Shown one piece after another: positions 52,368-64,000 of a DNA stretch of 64,000 bases. Position 1 is the first letter of the stretch. The number at the start of each line of letters is the position of its first letter. This stretch comes from Hormiphora californensis (Eukaryota; Animalia; Ctenophora): NCBI GenBank assembly GCA_020137815.1, contig CM035356.1, positions 1,674,001 to 1,738,000 of the forward strand, given 5' to 3'. The notes under the pieces are model-generated. The model was not told the DNA's origin, did not search any database, and saw only the letters and a list, made by a program, of their open reading frames with translations. Position numbers and translations under genes: made by a program.

Positions 52368-55300
52368 ATGAGCTCCGGCCCCTCCAACATTAAGATAACG
52401 CGCTTCTATCAAGAGAAGATGAAGCAGGCCGAGCTAGATGTAAAGAGAGACTACATAGCTAGTTTGAGTGACCTGAAGAGTACAAGCAAACCACTCATAA
52501 CCACTCTGAGTATTGTGGCGGGGGAGTATAGGAAATATGGAAGAACCATCACAGATGTGATAGAGAATCATCTTATGAAGGTTCGGGACCTCTGAGATTC
52601 ATTATACTTGCGAACCGATCGCAAATCTAGAGAAAACTTCATTTCCTATCCCCAAAATCTTGGTGTCTCATTTCGTGTCTCGTGTTTCAGGCTGTCTCAT
52701 CCCATAAACTGCCCTGTCTTTATCTGGTAGATTCTATCATCAAGAACATTGGTGCGCCGTACATCGACCTCCTCTCCCGGTGTATCGTGAAAATGTTTGT
52801 CTCTGCCTTCACAGTGGTGAGTGTGTAACGCGCGGTCTCTCTTTTCTTATGGAGAGTCCACTACTGCGCGCATCTGGGCAGTAAGCCGCCAGATCACAAA
52901 CTGCAGTTCCCTCTTCTTCATCAGTGTCACCCCCTTGGTTACGAAATAACCCCCTGTCACCCCCTTGGTTACGAAATAACCCCCTGTCACCCCCTTGGTT
53001 ACGAAATAACCCCTTGTCACCTTGGTTACGAAATAACCCCCTGTCACCCCCTTGGTTACGAAATAACCCCTTGTCGCCAGGGTGATGAGTCCGGCAGAAA
53101 GCTCCTTTTCAAACTTCGTTGTACGTGGAAAGACATATTTTCGTCTGAAAAGTTGCGGGAATTGGATAGCTGTGTCCGGGAGATCGACCCTAATTGGCCG
53201 AAATTCGAGGCAGAGACTGGGTCTACAGTTCACTTCAATCCGACATTTCTGAAGGTGCACTAACTGATACATGTTATAATAAGTAGATGAGTATTGTATC
53301 TCTTGGGTGGCACGTCCCATTTTCACTGTGTTGTCGTTGGTAGAGTTGTTGCGTGTGTATGATAGAGAGAAAATGGAAACAATATTGAAACACCGTCCTT
53401 GCAGTCTAAATCGGAGTCGAAAACGTCGAAAAGCCAAGTCGATCTAGCAGATGAAGTGCAGAGGGAGGCAAAAAGGATCGAAGAGGTACTAATATATTAG
53501 CCCATTTGGTTGAACGTTATACTATTCCGTATTTCAACACATTCTCCTCCAGAAAAAGGCGGCTCTCGAGAAGGCTCAAAAGGATTTTGAAATGGAGAAG
53601 AAGCGATTTGAGCTGCAAATGCAGCTTAGGGAGCAGAAGCAGCGCATGCAGGAGGAAAATAAGGTAGTTATAGTGGTGTTCCCCCTCATTACAGGCTAGT
53701 GTAGAATATATTCCCACCCTGTCTGGTGGCGCCAGACTCCAATTCGATTCTCCAACAAGACGCTCAGATTGGGTCTGCGGCGCCAGACAGTTCCCACCCC
53801 TCATAGTATGAGTCATTACTTGTTACTTACTCAACAAGTCATTACGTCATGGTGTAGAATCTGTTCCATGCCCATCCCCGGCTCGGAAGGGTACCACCTG
53901 GTGGGGGATCATACACACCCCCCTCACACTGTTAATAACATACAAATTTGACCATTGCAGGCTACATCAGCATCGCCAGGAATAGTTAAAGGGACTCCTA
54001 CAAGTACACCCACTGTATCACCTCTCAAACATAACAAGGACAAGAGGAAGCTTGAAAAGGCCCCAAAACACTTGGAACAGGTACAAACAATGTCTCCACC
54101 CCTTACTCAACCATGTTTTGTGATACTAGGGGTATGTGTTACACTTTTTTCTATGTGTTGAGAAAGCCACGGCCCAGCCTTTCTGTCTCCCATGATATGT
54201 AACCCTATTTCATTCCATTTAGTTGTTGGGATATTTATTCATTACCCTTTTCCACAGGAGGCTCCGAAAGGTACCAAAATGACAGCCAGGAAGTCTATAG
54301 CTACTGCACCATCAACCATGCCCCAAAAGTTGGCTAAGGGAACTAAAATACCAAAACTATCTGGTAAGTAGGGGGGTATATTCATAATTGGAATTGCCCG
54401 CCACTTTTTGTGTATTTTTTGCTAGAAATCAAAACTACACAAACTATTTTTCATGTCAGTAGTAAATTCTTTTGTTTATCCCAGGAACTATTATCTATAT
54501 TATAAAGTACAAATGCGTGGCGTGATGATGGTGACCTATCCACACGTGCAAATGGTGGGGGTTGCCAAGGAGGTGCCATAGCCCAGCTACTCAGCGGGTG
54601 ATTGAAGGCTGCACGTGCGGGTTGGTGCAGTGGGTGAGAGGGGTGCTCCTGGGTGAGGGAGAGTGTATGGATTCGGGTCAACGGGTGCTCTACTTCAACG
54701 GGTTTTCTAGTCTATATTATAAAGCAGAGAACAGTGCAAGACAAAATTTGGGGGAGGGGGTTTTAGGGATTGCACGTGGAAAATTGACGTGTTGTTAGGG
54801 GTGTTTGGTGGGGGGTTTGGGGAGTGCACGTGCGTGTGTAAAGGTTTTATAAATTTGGGGGATAATAGCTCTTTAGAAAGAGCTTGAGATTATCTTTCTA
54901 ATGAGCCTTGGTATTTTGAAATTGGCTGAGAATTGACTGAGTAATGGGGGAAATGGTGAAAAATGAGGGTAAATGTGGGGTTCTGAACTGCTTCAGATCA
55001 CAGATTGAGAGAGGGTGAGATGGAGTGAATAGGGGACGATATGATTCAATAGGGGCCGAGGGGAGTCAATAGGGATAAGAGTGGTGAGGACTGAGGGGAG
55101 TCAACAGGGGGAAGGGGGCGTGGAGTATGATCTCGCGACCGGAGGTGCCGCGAAGCGGCGCCGTAGGGAGCAAAGTAGGTATGAGCCTGGGATCGGGTGT
55201 GATAGTTTTTTGTTCTTTTGCCTGGGCTCTCTAGTCTATATTATAAAGCAGAGAACAGTGCAAGACAAAATTTGGGGGAGGGGGTTTTAGGGATTGCACG

Positions 55301-58300
55301 TGGAAAATTGACGTGTTGTTAGGGGTGTTTGGTGGGGGGTTTGGGGAGTGCACGTGCGTGTGTAAAGGTTTTATAAATTTGGGGGATAATAGCTCTTTAG
55401 AAAGAGCTTGAGATTATCTTTCTAATGAGCCTTGGTATTTTGAAATTGGCTGAGAATTGACTGAGTAATGGGGGAAATGGTGAAAAATGAGGGTAAATGT
55501 GGGGTTCTGAACTGCTTCAGATCACAGATTGAGAGAGGGTGAGATGGAGTGAATAGGGGACGATATGATTCAATAGGGGCCGAGGGGAGTCAATAGGGAT
55601 AAGAGTGGTGAGGACTGAGGGGAGTCAACAGGGGGAAGGGGGCGTGGAGTATGATCTCGCGACCGGAGGTGCCGCGAAGCGGCGCCGTAGGGAGCAAAGT
55701 AGGTATGAGCCTGGGATCGGGTGTGATAGTTTTTTGTTCTTTTGCCTGGGCTCTCTAGTGTACTATAAGACAATCCACACTCGGGAACTAAAGGCATCTT
55801 CTTTTTCAGCTACTGATAGAACAAGAAAGGAGGGATCAGGCGGGAAGCGGCCAAGAGAGAGCGATGGTGATAGTAGCTCAGAAAGGAATACTTCCAAGCG
55901 ATCCTTACCCTCTGCAACATCTAACGCACCTCATAGGGTATGTGCCCCTTTTATTAAGATAAGATCAGATTGGCCAAGTATTAGAAAGCTAGTGGTATAC
56001 CGGCCACCTCGTATATAGTTCAGTTTTGTATGGAAATTATTCATTTCAGAGAGATAGTGGCAGTGATATGAGTGTTGATAGTGGTGACGAGGGTCAGATA
56101 CCACTGAGACCACCGCCGCCTCCTCGACCCACCCATTTCAGATCCAACCCGGCGCCCCGAATACCGGTATGTTTGAGACACGTGACATATCTCTTCTTAG
56201 AAAAGCGGTAGATCATTCAAAGTTTTTGAAATAGTTACTATTTTCCAACACTAGAATTAACATCAACTCTCTTCGCAGGAAGTAGTTGTGGCGCCCTCAC
56301 CGGAGAAACACTTTGTGCGTCCCCCACCTCCATCCGTTATAGTAGCACCAATACCTCCTCGCCCCAAGGCCCCGACTGCAGATCTTCCTCCCAGACCGCC
56401 ACCTCCCATCCCCGTTAGACCTCCTGCTCCTGGAGAGGTCTATCAGGATTATAATACCCCTCCTGCCACAAGCCAGGGTGGTTCTCCTCAGTCAAAAGAC
56501 AGGAACAAGATAACAATAATTGCTCCCACCAAATTACCCGGCGGTAAGTATCATCTTATAACACTCGGAACAAGATTTTTAATATCTTCTCTGGCTGCTA
56601 ATCTCACTTTCTCTCTCACACATACACGCCCTACTGTACAACAGTGAAGGGGAAACATACAGCGGGCAGATCACGGTTGTGGAAGAATGGATTGGTTAAA
56701 TATCAATGATGAGATCTTGTTCAGGATTAAATAGGGAGGAAAAACCCAGAGGTTGTCGGTTCGAGCCCGGCCCTCGCCAGATATTTTTCTAATTTTCCTC
56801 CCTATTTAATCCTGAACAAGATCTCATCATTGATATCTTATAACACTGTAACACTTTTGGGTGACAAGTCCTAATTTCCCAAAAACAGTGTTTTCACTAT
56901 TATAGCTGGTAACAACCTTTTACGTTGTTTAGTATTACTCTGTTGTAAATGTCTTTTTCTCTGATAGCATCCTCTCATTCAACCATTTAATGGTTTATCC
57001 TCTTCCCAACAGCAGATGAAGAGTTGAGACACGCCTTTGACGAGGAGCAGCCCCGAGACCCCCGCGGGGCAGCAGGGCCACCAGAGGACCCTAGAGCTCG
57101 TGATTACAAGCAGGCCCCTGACTACAGAGAGCCTGAACAATGGCCGAGAGATCCGAGGGGTGCAAGATCAGAAAGGGGCCGACCAAATGTGGAGAGGGGC
57201 CGATCTAGTGTAGAGAGGAATGTCGGGGGCCGATCTAGTGTGGAGAGGAACAGCCGGGATTCAGACGATGGGGCTCCCGTTGGAAATATGAAGTGGAGAG
57301 ACAGGGGACCGATACGGGGTGGCAGTAAAGGGAGGAGAGGAGGGGGCCGTGGTCGTTCACCACCCGCTGAAAACAGGAAGTACTATGGGGCTAATGTGAA
57401 GGATTTGAAGGCTAATGCAGTCCCCCAGAAGGACCTTCCTGAGATCCTGATGTTTGATAAAGATCCTCCACCAGTTGAAAAGAACTTTACAATTGATAGG
57501 TAGGTCCACACACTGCACCCCTCCCCAGTCCCCGTACACAATGTTCTCACACGAGACAATACGGGCGACAATACAAGAGTCTTGAATTTTCTCGTTGATA
57601 AACTGTCACATTCGATTCCTCTCTACTTCACAGGAGTGTATTAGACTCACTCCTCTACTTCACAGGAGACCAAAAGAGCGGAATGCAGCTGATGATGACC
57701 CTACCTTCCTTGGTTTTAATGACAAGAACAACCCTGGTCACTGGTCTAACAGACCTGCCCCTGCACCCTCAGTGAGAGGGATACCACCCCGACCTGCTGA
57801 CCTGCCTCACCGCTACCTGGTGAAACAAGAGTACAATCTGGCTCAAGTGAACCGGCTCTTTAGAGTGGTATGTGACACACCTCTTACTAGTACATCTCCA
57901 TCTCTTACTAGTAGTATGTAGTGTCACACTAACAATATTCCTCATACATCAGGCAGAACAAGATTTCAATGATAATGTTATTGATGCTTCTGAATTCAAG
58001 GCTCTACGAGATGACATCACCTATAATTTCCCCGGATTCCGATTCCCACGGCCCAATAGGACCCCCTCGGCCGGGGTGGTAGTGGCGAGACCCCGGCCTG
58101 CCCCTCGTCCCGGACCTCGGTTTACCACACCTACTGTCCGTATTGAAGCACCTGCTAAGAGGGCAGTGGCTCCCCCACCTCCCAAACATATCGATGCAGC
58201 CTCCATATTTGAACAGTTGATACAATCTGGGCTTGTGAAGAAACCTCCTCCTTTCAAACTAACCTTCAAACACATTATGAAGTAAGTGGGGTCGTTATGA

Positions 58301-58491
58301 TTTCAATGCCCAACTAACAGACTTTTTAATGTCCCCATCTGTGACTGTGTCATGTCGCTTGTCGCTTGTTATTTAACAAGGCAAATTTCTTGAATGGATT
58401 CTGGAATGTCTGCTTGTACATGTGACACAGTTGCGAGCGTGTGTTTCTGTGTGGTTCAGACAATACGTCGTATCTATTATTTCTCTCTCCA

Positions 58492-58528
<37 letters not shown>

Positions 58529-60635
58529 CTCTTTTTTCACTTGTTTCTCTCTCCAATTTAGTGTTAGTGTGAAGCAATTATTGCCATTACAACAGTGTGT
58601 CTGCATCGGCAGCTGAGATATAACGTCAAGTCTCAAGATATTGCATGTGAACATGTCGTCATTCTCTTTTGAACATTGTATTATACCCTGTAGCTGAACA
58701 CACGCACTCTCGCTTGAATTATAATGACTCCCTCCTCGACTGTCGAAAACCGCCGAAAGAGATTTCGAAAGAAAACGTCTTCACAGCTGTTGTCTGTTTT
58801 TAAGTCTTTCCCCGAGAACTTTGAATCAAAGTATGTTCAATATTTGGTTTATATATTCCCACACGTATTATATATCAGTATGCTAATGCTCCCCTCCCTC
58901 AGTTTGAATAAAGACACTCTTGTGGACCAGATCTATTCTGGGACACCCTGTACCAACTGTGGTAAGAGGTTTGACGAGGATGAAGTGAGGAACTTTAATG
59001 TTCACTTAGACTGGCACTTCCGTATGAACAAGAAGACTAAAGATGGTGGATTACCTCGTCAATGGTAATATATACCACATGTAACCACTCCTTATAACCA
59101 CACACCATAACCACATATCCAAAAACCCGGTTTAAAGTTTTACTCGCATCAATTCTCGCAACTCACAGATCACTTTTCTAGGTTTACTGATCGGGAGACG
59201 TGGATAATTACTGGACCTAAATACGAGGACATTACACCGGCGGTTGGTCCTCTACCTGGGGCGCCTCCTCCTGAGGGTGGAGAGGGTGGGGAAGAGGGGG
59301 AAACTTGGAGCGGTGCAGTGGACGAGGAAGAGGTATACAATCTCTATAACACTGCTGAACCGTCTACAGTTCTTGGGTCTAAACACCCCTAACACCCATG
59401 TGTTCCCAGTTCTCGGGTTTAAAGCGTTGTGTGATGAAGCCAGGAGATGAGGATTTCTGTGCTGTATGTAGCGACAGGCTGCAACAAGAGTTCAATCAGC
59501 GAGAAGACGACTGGTACTTCCTAAACGCTGTACGGCGCTCTGACGATAGGGTAAGATATAATCCCCCCCTGGTAATGAAATTATCCCTCCTCGCAAGCTC
59601 GCAGAGGCAATATCAGGGGTGACTTCGTAACCAAAGACCACCCCCCCCCCCTTACTCAGCAACTCAAAATAGGATTCCAGTATTTTAGTTTTAGCCGATT
59701 TGTAATGTGTTGTTCATATATTGTTGGTGTAGTAACACAAGATTTGTAATGCCCCTCTCCATCAGGTTTGCCATGCTCACTGTGTCCAGGAGGGACCTGA
59801 GGATGGGGACGTGACGGTGGCACTGGAAGCTACCATGAATGAAAGTGTGATGGACAGTGTGGATGGATCTGATAGGTCAAGGTAAAATATTGTAAAATAA
59901 ACATGGCCGGAGATGACACCAAAAATGGCCACCGGCCGGGCGATCTATAGTCTAAACACTATTTAGTAACAGTAAATAAAGTTGTGACCCACTCCTACTA
60001 AATAACACATGTATCTATATCCCCTTAGAACGGTGTCCCAAGATTTGGGTAGCGGCTTCACAACGTCCCCCACTACTCCATCTGTACCAGACAATAAACT
60101 GGATCTGTTAGAGACTCTTGAGAAAGTGAAAACTGTCCTGGCCAACCCGCCAACTACATCAAGTTAGTAAATGATAAACTTCTCAAACTTATCAATTCAA
60201 TTTAGAACACATGGTGTTATATAAGAAGCAAATAACGTGTTGCCCCCCTCAGCTCCCCAAGAGCCCACTCAGTCGGCTGTCCAGGAGGTTAAACAGGAAG
60301 CAGCTGTAAAAGCAGAACCTGTAGAACAAGATATACCACCTATTGATCAAATCTCAATAAGTCCAGAACAGGTGAGAAATGCTGGAAGATTTTTATTAAA
60401 TCACCCATCGCATTTTCTTTTGATTGAAGCTGGAACAATTATCCGATATTTATTCTGTCTCAATGCACAATATTACCCCTTTCCCATTCCCCAGGAGCAG
60501 GTTAAGGTCGAGGAGCCCGATATCAAGAAGGAGGAGGAGGTTGAACAGGATGCAATGAGTGAAGTAACGGGAGATCACCAGGATACATTGAATATAGCCA
60601 AGGAGGTAGAGGAAGCAATAAAAGCACTGAAATGA
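52368..60635 (+). CDS. PCF11: Cleavage/polyadenylation factor PCF11
   Basis: CID domain (DYIASLSDLKSTSKPLITTLS, KLPCLYLVDSIIKNIG, RKLLFKLRCTW, IDPNWP); zinc knuckles CTNCGKRF..HLDWHFRMN and CAVC..DDWYFLNAV..HAHC; stop 60633-60635. Confidence 0.92.
52925..53075. repeat. 30-bp intronic minisatellite
   Basis: About 5 copies of GTCACCCCCTTGGTTACGAAATAACCCCCT ending at the acceptor near 53080. Confidence 0.9.
53719..53790 (+). mobile_element. Micro-MITE family C
   Basis: CTGTCTGG...CCAGACAG with perfect 8-bp TSD TTCCCACC. Confidence 0.85.
54494..55758 (+). mobile_element. Tandem array of three non-autonomous Helitrons
   Basis: Units 54494-54710, 54711-55234 and 55235-55758 each start TCTATATTATAAAG and end CTAG; array sits between A and T with no TSD. 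Confidence 0.88.
56700..56836 (+). mobile_element. Hairpin element enclosing a tRNA-like 3' half
   Basis: 44-bp perfect inverted arms; loop contains GTCGG-TTCGAGC-CCGGC-CCTCGCCA. Confidence 0.65.
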
Positions 60636-62421
60636 AACTGTTTTGTTAATTAATTGCAGTTGTGAATTGTGATACAGGGTATACTAATAAGATTGTGCTG
60701 TCAGTTTAAAAGTGTCAGTTATTGCAGTAAATACTAATTGATTTTTGAAATGTTTTTATGAGATAGTCGTGTGGCATGGTCAGTTGTGCAGTAGAGAACA
60801 AACAACGTGGAAGATGCTATCACTGATAGTATCATGTCAGTATGGTTCAGGGATAGGGGTTGATAGATATGCTGTCCCTAGCATCAGTGGTAGCCTACCA
60901 AGGGGGAGAACACACACTGAAGAGGGGAGGGGGTGGCACTGACTCATGCCACACGATTATTTGTTTTGGTAAATTTTCGGACGCGCAAAATATAAGCCGC
61001 GCGGTACTTGCTATAAAATCGCGCGCAAAGTAAAAAACTGCAAGATGCCATGCAGCTCGTCCGCCCAAAAAACGAGTGGATTTTCGCACTTTGTCGAACA
61101 AAGTGTTGAAAAGCGCTGCCTAAAGAGAGCATCAATTGTCAGTGGAGGCTGGAGTCCGTTTTTGACGTCGTGGACTGTGCGCTGTGGGTAACGCTTCATG
61201 CAACCAATATGACGAAGCACCACTGTAAGCAATTTTCTGCCGGTCAACGATCTGGGTAGTGGGTGGAGACTGGAGGGTGCATTGGCGTGTGCCAAACTAA
61301 ATAGGTCCTCACATCGCCCATCGGTTCACCTTTAGTTAACGGTAAAGTCACACAATTTAGCAAGTTACATTTCAGAATCTGCTACTAATTTAAGAGCAGA
61401 ACACTAAACGCATTTCTAATAAGTTTGAATATTTGCTACACAGTGAGTTACCGGTGAAGGATCCTGTAGAGCACGGCGTTGTTTTTATTGAGCCACTCTA
61501 TGTCAGCGATACCAGCAGGGAACTAGCTCTAACAAACACTTATGGAGAACTTCCAAGTTCCCAGTTATTATTGTGCTCCCTCAAATGTCGCTGTAGGCAT
61601 CTGGTCGAGGCTCTGGGACTATCATGTGGCCATACAGCTACCCATTTTACTTGCTACTTGCAGCTACTGAGACGGTGTTTACAGAGGATTCTTGGTGCCA
61701 GGAAGTTGAATGAGTTGCCCTGATAATTCAGGAAGTTACATCTTCAATAGACAAGGAAAACACGAAATATGTTGGTAGTAGTTACTAGTTACATCTTTAG
61801 TAAAGGAGTTGTTACATCAATCAGCCACTGAGTCTCCCTATCAGTACAAAATATGAACATTTTAGCCCCAAGCATCATCCATCGAAATTGCCCTTACGGA
61901 AATGTGGAGGGACTTTGTTTAGACAGTGTGTTGATTGCTCTCGAACAACATTCACCGGTTAGGTTTAGAACAATATAATATGTCAGTGTTTACCTTTCTT
62001 ATTAAACATAATCAGTGCACCCATGCTGCACATCAAATTAGCCATTAGGGCTTTTGATAACAAATCCGGCCTCGCTATTACTCTGCCATTTTCAACCAAT
62101 GTTGTTGAACATTTTCTCAAACATTCGACAAAATAAATCGCTGAGTCTTTACTTTACTACTTGTCCCTATTCGACACGTCTTACTTCATATCATAACCAT
62201 TTGATTGTACGATTTTAACATACTTGAATGATTGGTAACGTACAATGATTGATAACATACAATGATTGATAACATACAATAACTACCGCTTTAGAAAGTG
62301 GTAAATGGTATAACGTTTATCCGTTAACCCCGGTAGTGAACCATTTATTTTTAACACTATTAAGCGGTATATTAAATGTATTGATTATTATTATTACTCA
62401 TCTAGCTGATTTTCCGATGCC

Positions 62422-63850
62422 ATGGCACGGCGATCTATCGGGAGGTACGAACAACACGTGAAGCGAATACGAACCTACGAAACGCCCGTTTCAGACTCAA
62501 TAGTCCTATCAGCAGATGTCCCGACTCTACAGGAACTGTGTACCCACAAGATAGCCCGTGATGATGGGTACAGGGCCATTCTGGAAGGACTGCCACGCTT
62601 TGGGAGTGTCAGCAACCCTATAGCACAGCTTCTACTAAAATATCTAGAGGAAGATCAACTGAGGGATCTAATAGCTGACGATAAATCATTCCTCAACCAG
62701 CCCTCAATGTGCCAGATAAATGAGTTTTCCCTGAAGTTTTATCTCAACTTCACTGATCGCTTCGTCTCTTTTCTAACTCGACACAACCTAAAATCGTTGT
62801 CTCTCTGCAACTCCTTCATCGACTACACTTCTCTCGACCAGCTCGCTCGACATCTACCGCATCTCGAGTACTTGGACATATCGTACTGTTTGCAGATCGA
62901 GAGGTTTGATCCGGTCTTTAAGTTTGGAAATTTAACCTTCCTGAACCTGGAGAAAACGCATTTCAAATTGACTGCGATAACTGCACATGGATTTGTGTGG
63001 TAAGTGTGTCTCTCGGTTGATATTTGATGACAAATCATAATTACCAGATGGCAATTACGTATCTAAATCTTGACTAGGTCATACTAATTTTGTTTCAGGC
63101 TTAAAAATTTGCTTTGGCTTGGTTTATCGAAGTTAGGGAACCATAGCAACGACAGTTCACCACTTTCACTTCAGGTCAGTGTCATATGTACTAGTATTAT
63201 ATAAACCCTATATATGAACATTGGGTATGATATCCCCTCTTTCCTCTCCCTCCTGTGCTCATAGTGCTGTCCTCTTTCACGATATCGCACGCGCTACGTT
63301 TAGTTAGGGATAGGGGCGAGTTACTCATTCCCTCCTACAGCTCACTTCCCAAAAAGAGAGGGGACATTGTACCCAAATATGAACACTTTACAGATTTGAA
63401 ATTATCGACCTGTTTTCAGCTTCTCTCGTGTGTGAATCCTGGTTTACTTGGCCTGGATCTTAGTGAAACGTTTTGGGATCTTTCTCAACATTCTAAGCTA
63501 CTACAGTAAGCAACATTTTGTATATATACACGACGTGAATATATATTTACACACAATAGCACACTCACATTAAATCATATTACACACCTACTGCAGCACA
63601 CGACAGAGTTAAAAACTGGTGCACAATATGTGCAATAGGGTAAAATACCAAATAAACTGAGAACCTTACTTCATCGATTAAAACACTGTTTACTCTCAGG
63701 TTTAAGTCTCTAGAAATGCTGGATGTGTCGCAGTTCCCAAGATCAAGCAGTTCGGAGAGCCATGTCGTATTTGATGATGTGTTACAGTTGACAGTCAGCA
63801 AGATGACATCCCTTCGTTCTTTGGATATCAGCAAGTGTCTCACTCAGCGG
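62422..63850 (+). CDS. BC-box/LRR protein, ZYG11/ZER1-like (continues beyond window)
   Basis: BC-box-like VPTLQELCTHKI; LRRs LKSLSLCN, LEYLDISYC, LTFLNLEKT, LRSLDISKC; GT-AG introns. Confidence 0.7.
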
Positions 63851-64000
63851 GTTAGTTATAACTTGTTAGAAATACAGAGGGAGGAAGGTAGAGGGAGGAA
63901 GGTAGAGGGAGGAAGGGAGGGAGGTAGAGGGAGGCCGGAGGGATGTGGCGAACTATGGTCTCTCCTCCCCTTTAGTACGAAGCAGTAACGAGCCTATCCA

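Noticed and set aside
61433-61900. 96-aa ORF and an antisense EWLNKNNAVLY fragment (Helitron-like?)
   Set aside because: No sustained homology recognisable; other frames have frequent stops.

Overview
Compact, intron-rich animal genomic DNA, most likely a ctenophore (Pleurobrachia/Hormiphora-like). This is inferred from a 44-nt match, recalled from memory, to the ctenophore spliced leader (SL), from GA/CT microsatellites and from a repeat I recall from Pleurobrachia. Nine spliced or intronless genes are visible: ARAP-like PH/ArfGAP/ankyrin/RhoGAP/RA gene (+, 5' end outside window), KIF6 kinesin (+), an OFA/MCT-like MFS transporter (+), FKBP2 (-), a small PH-domain/PPxY protein mostly missed by the ORF track (-), TBC1D13 (-), RPL22 (+), PCF11 (+) and a BC-box/LRR ZYG11/ZER1-like gene (+, runs out of window). 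Introns and intergenic DNA are packed with non-autonomous foldback/MITE elements (TA, TTAA and 8-bp TSD classes, often nested) and a head-to-tail Helitron array. The top candidate for a new system is a ~250-bp foldback in TBC1D13 intron 1 whose loop is a full SL exon fused directly to a hammerhead-like core. A second hairpin of similar design encloses a tRNA 3' half. Nearly every start codon has a splice acceptor just upstream, and TBC1D13-PH-FKBP2 looks operon-like. Several single-base frameshifts are probably assembly errors. Exon coordinates were read by eye.
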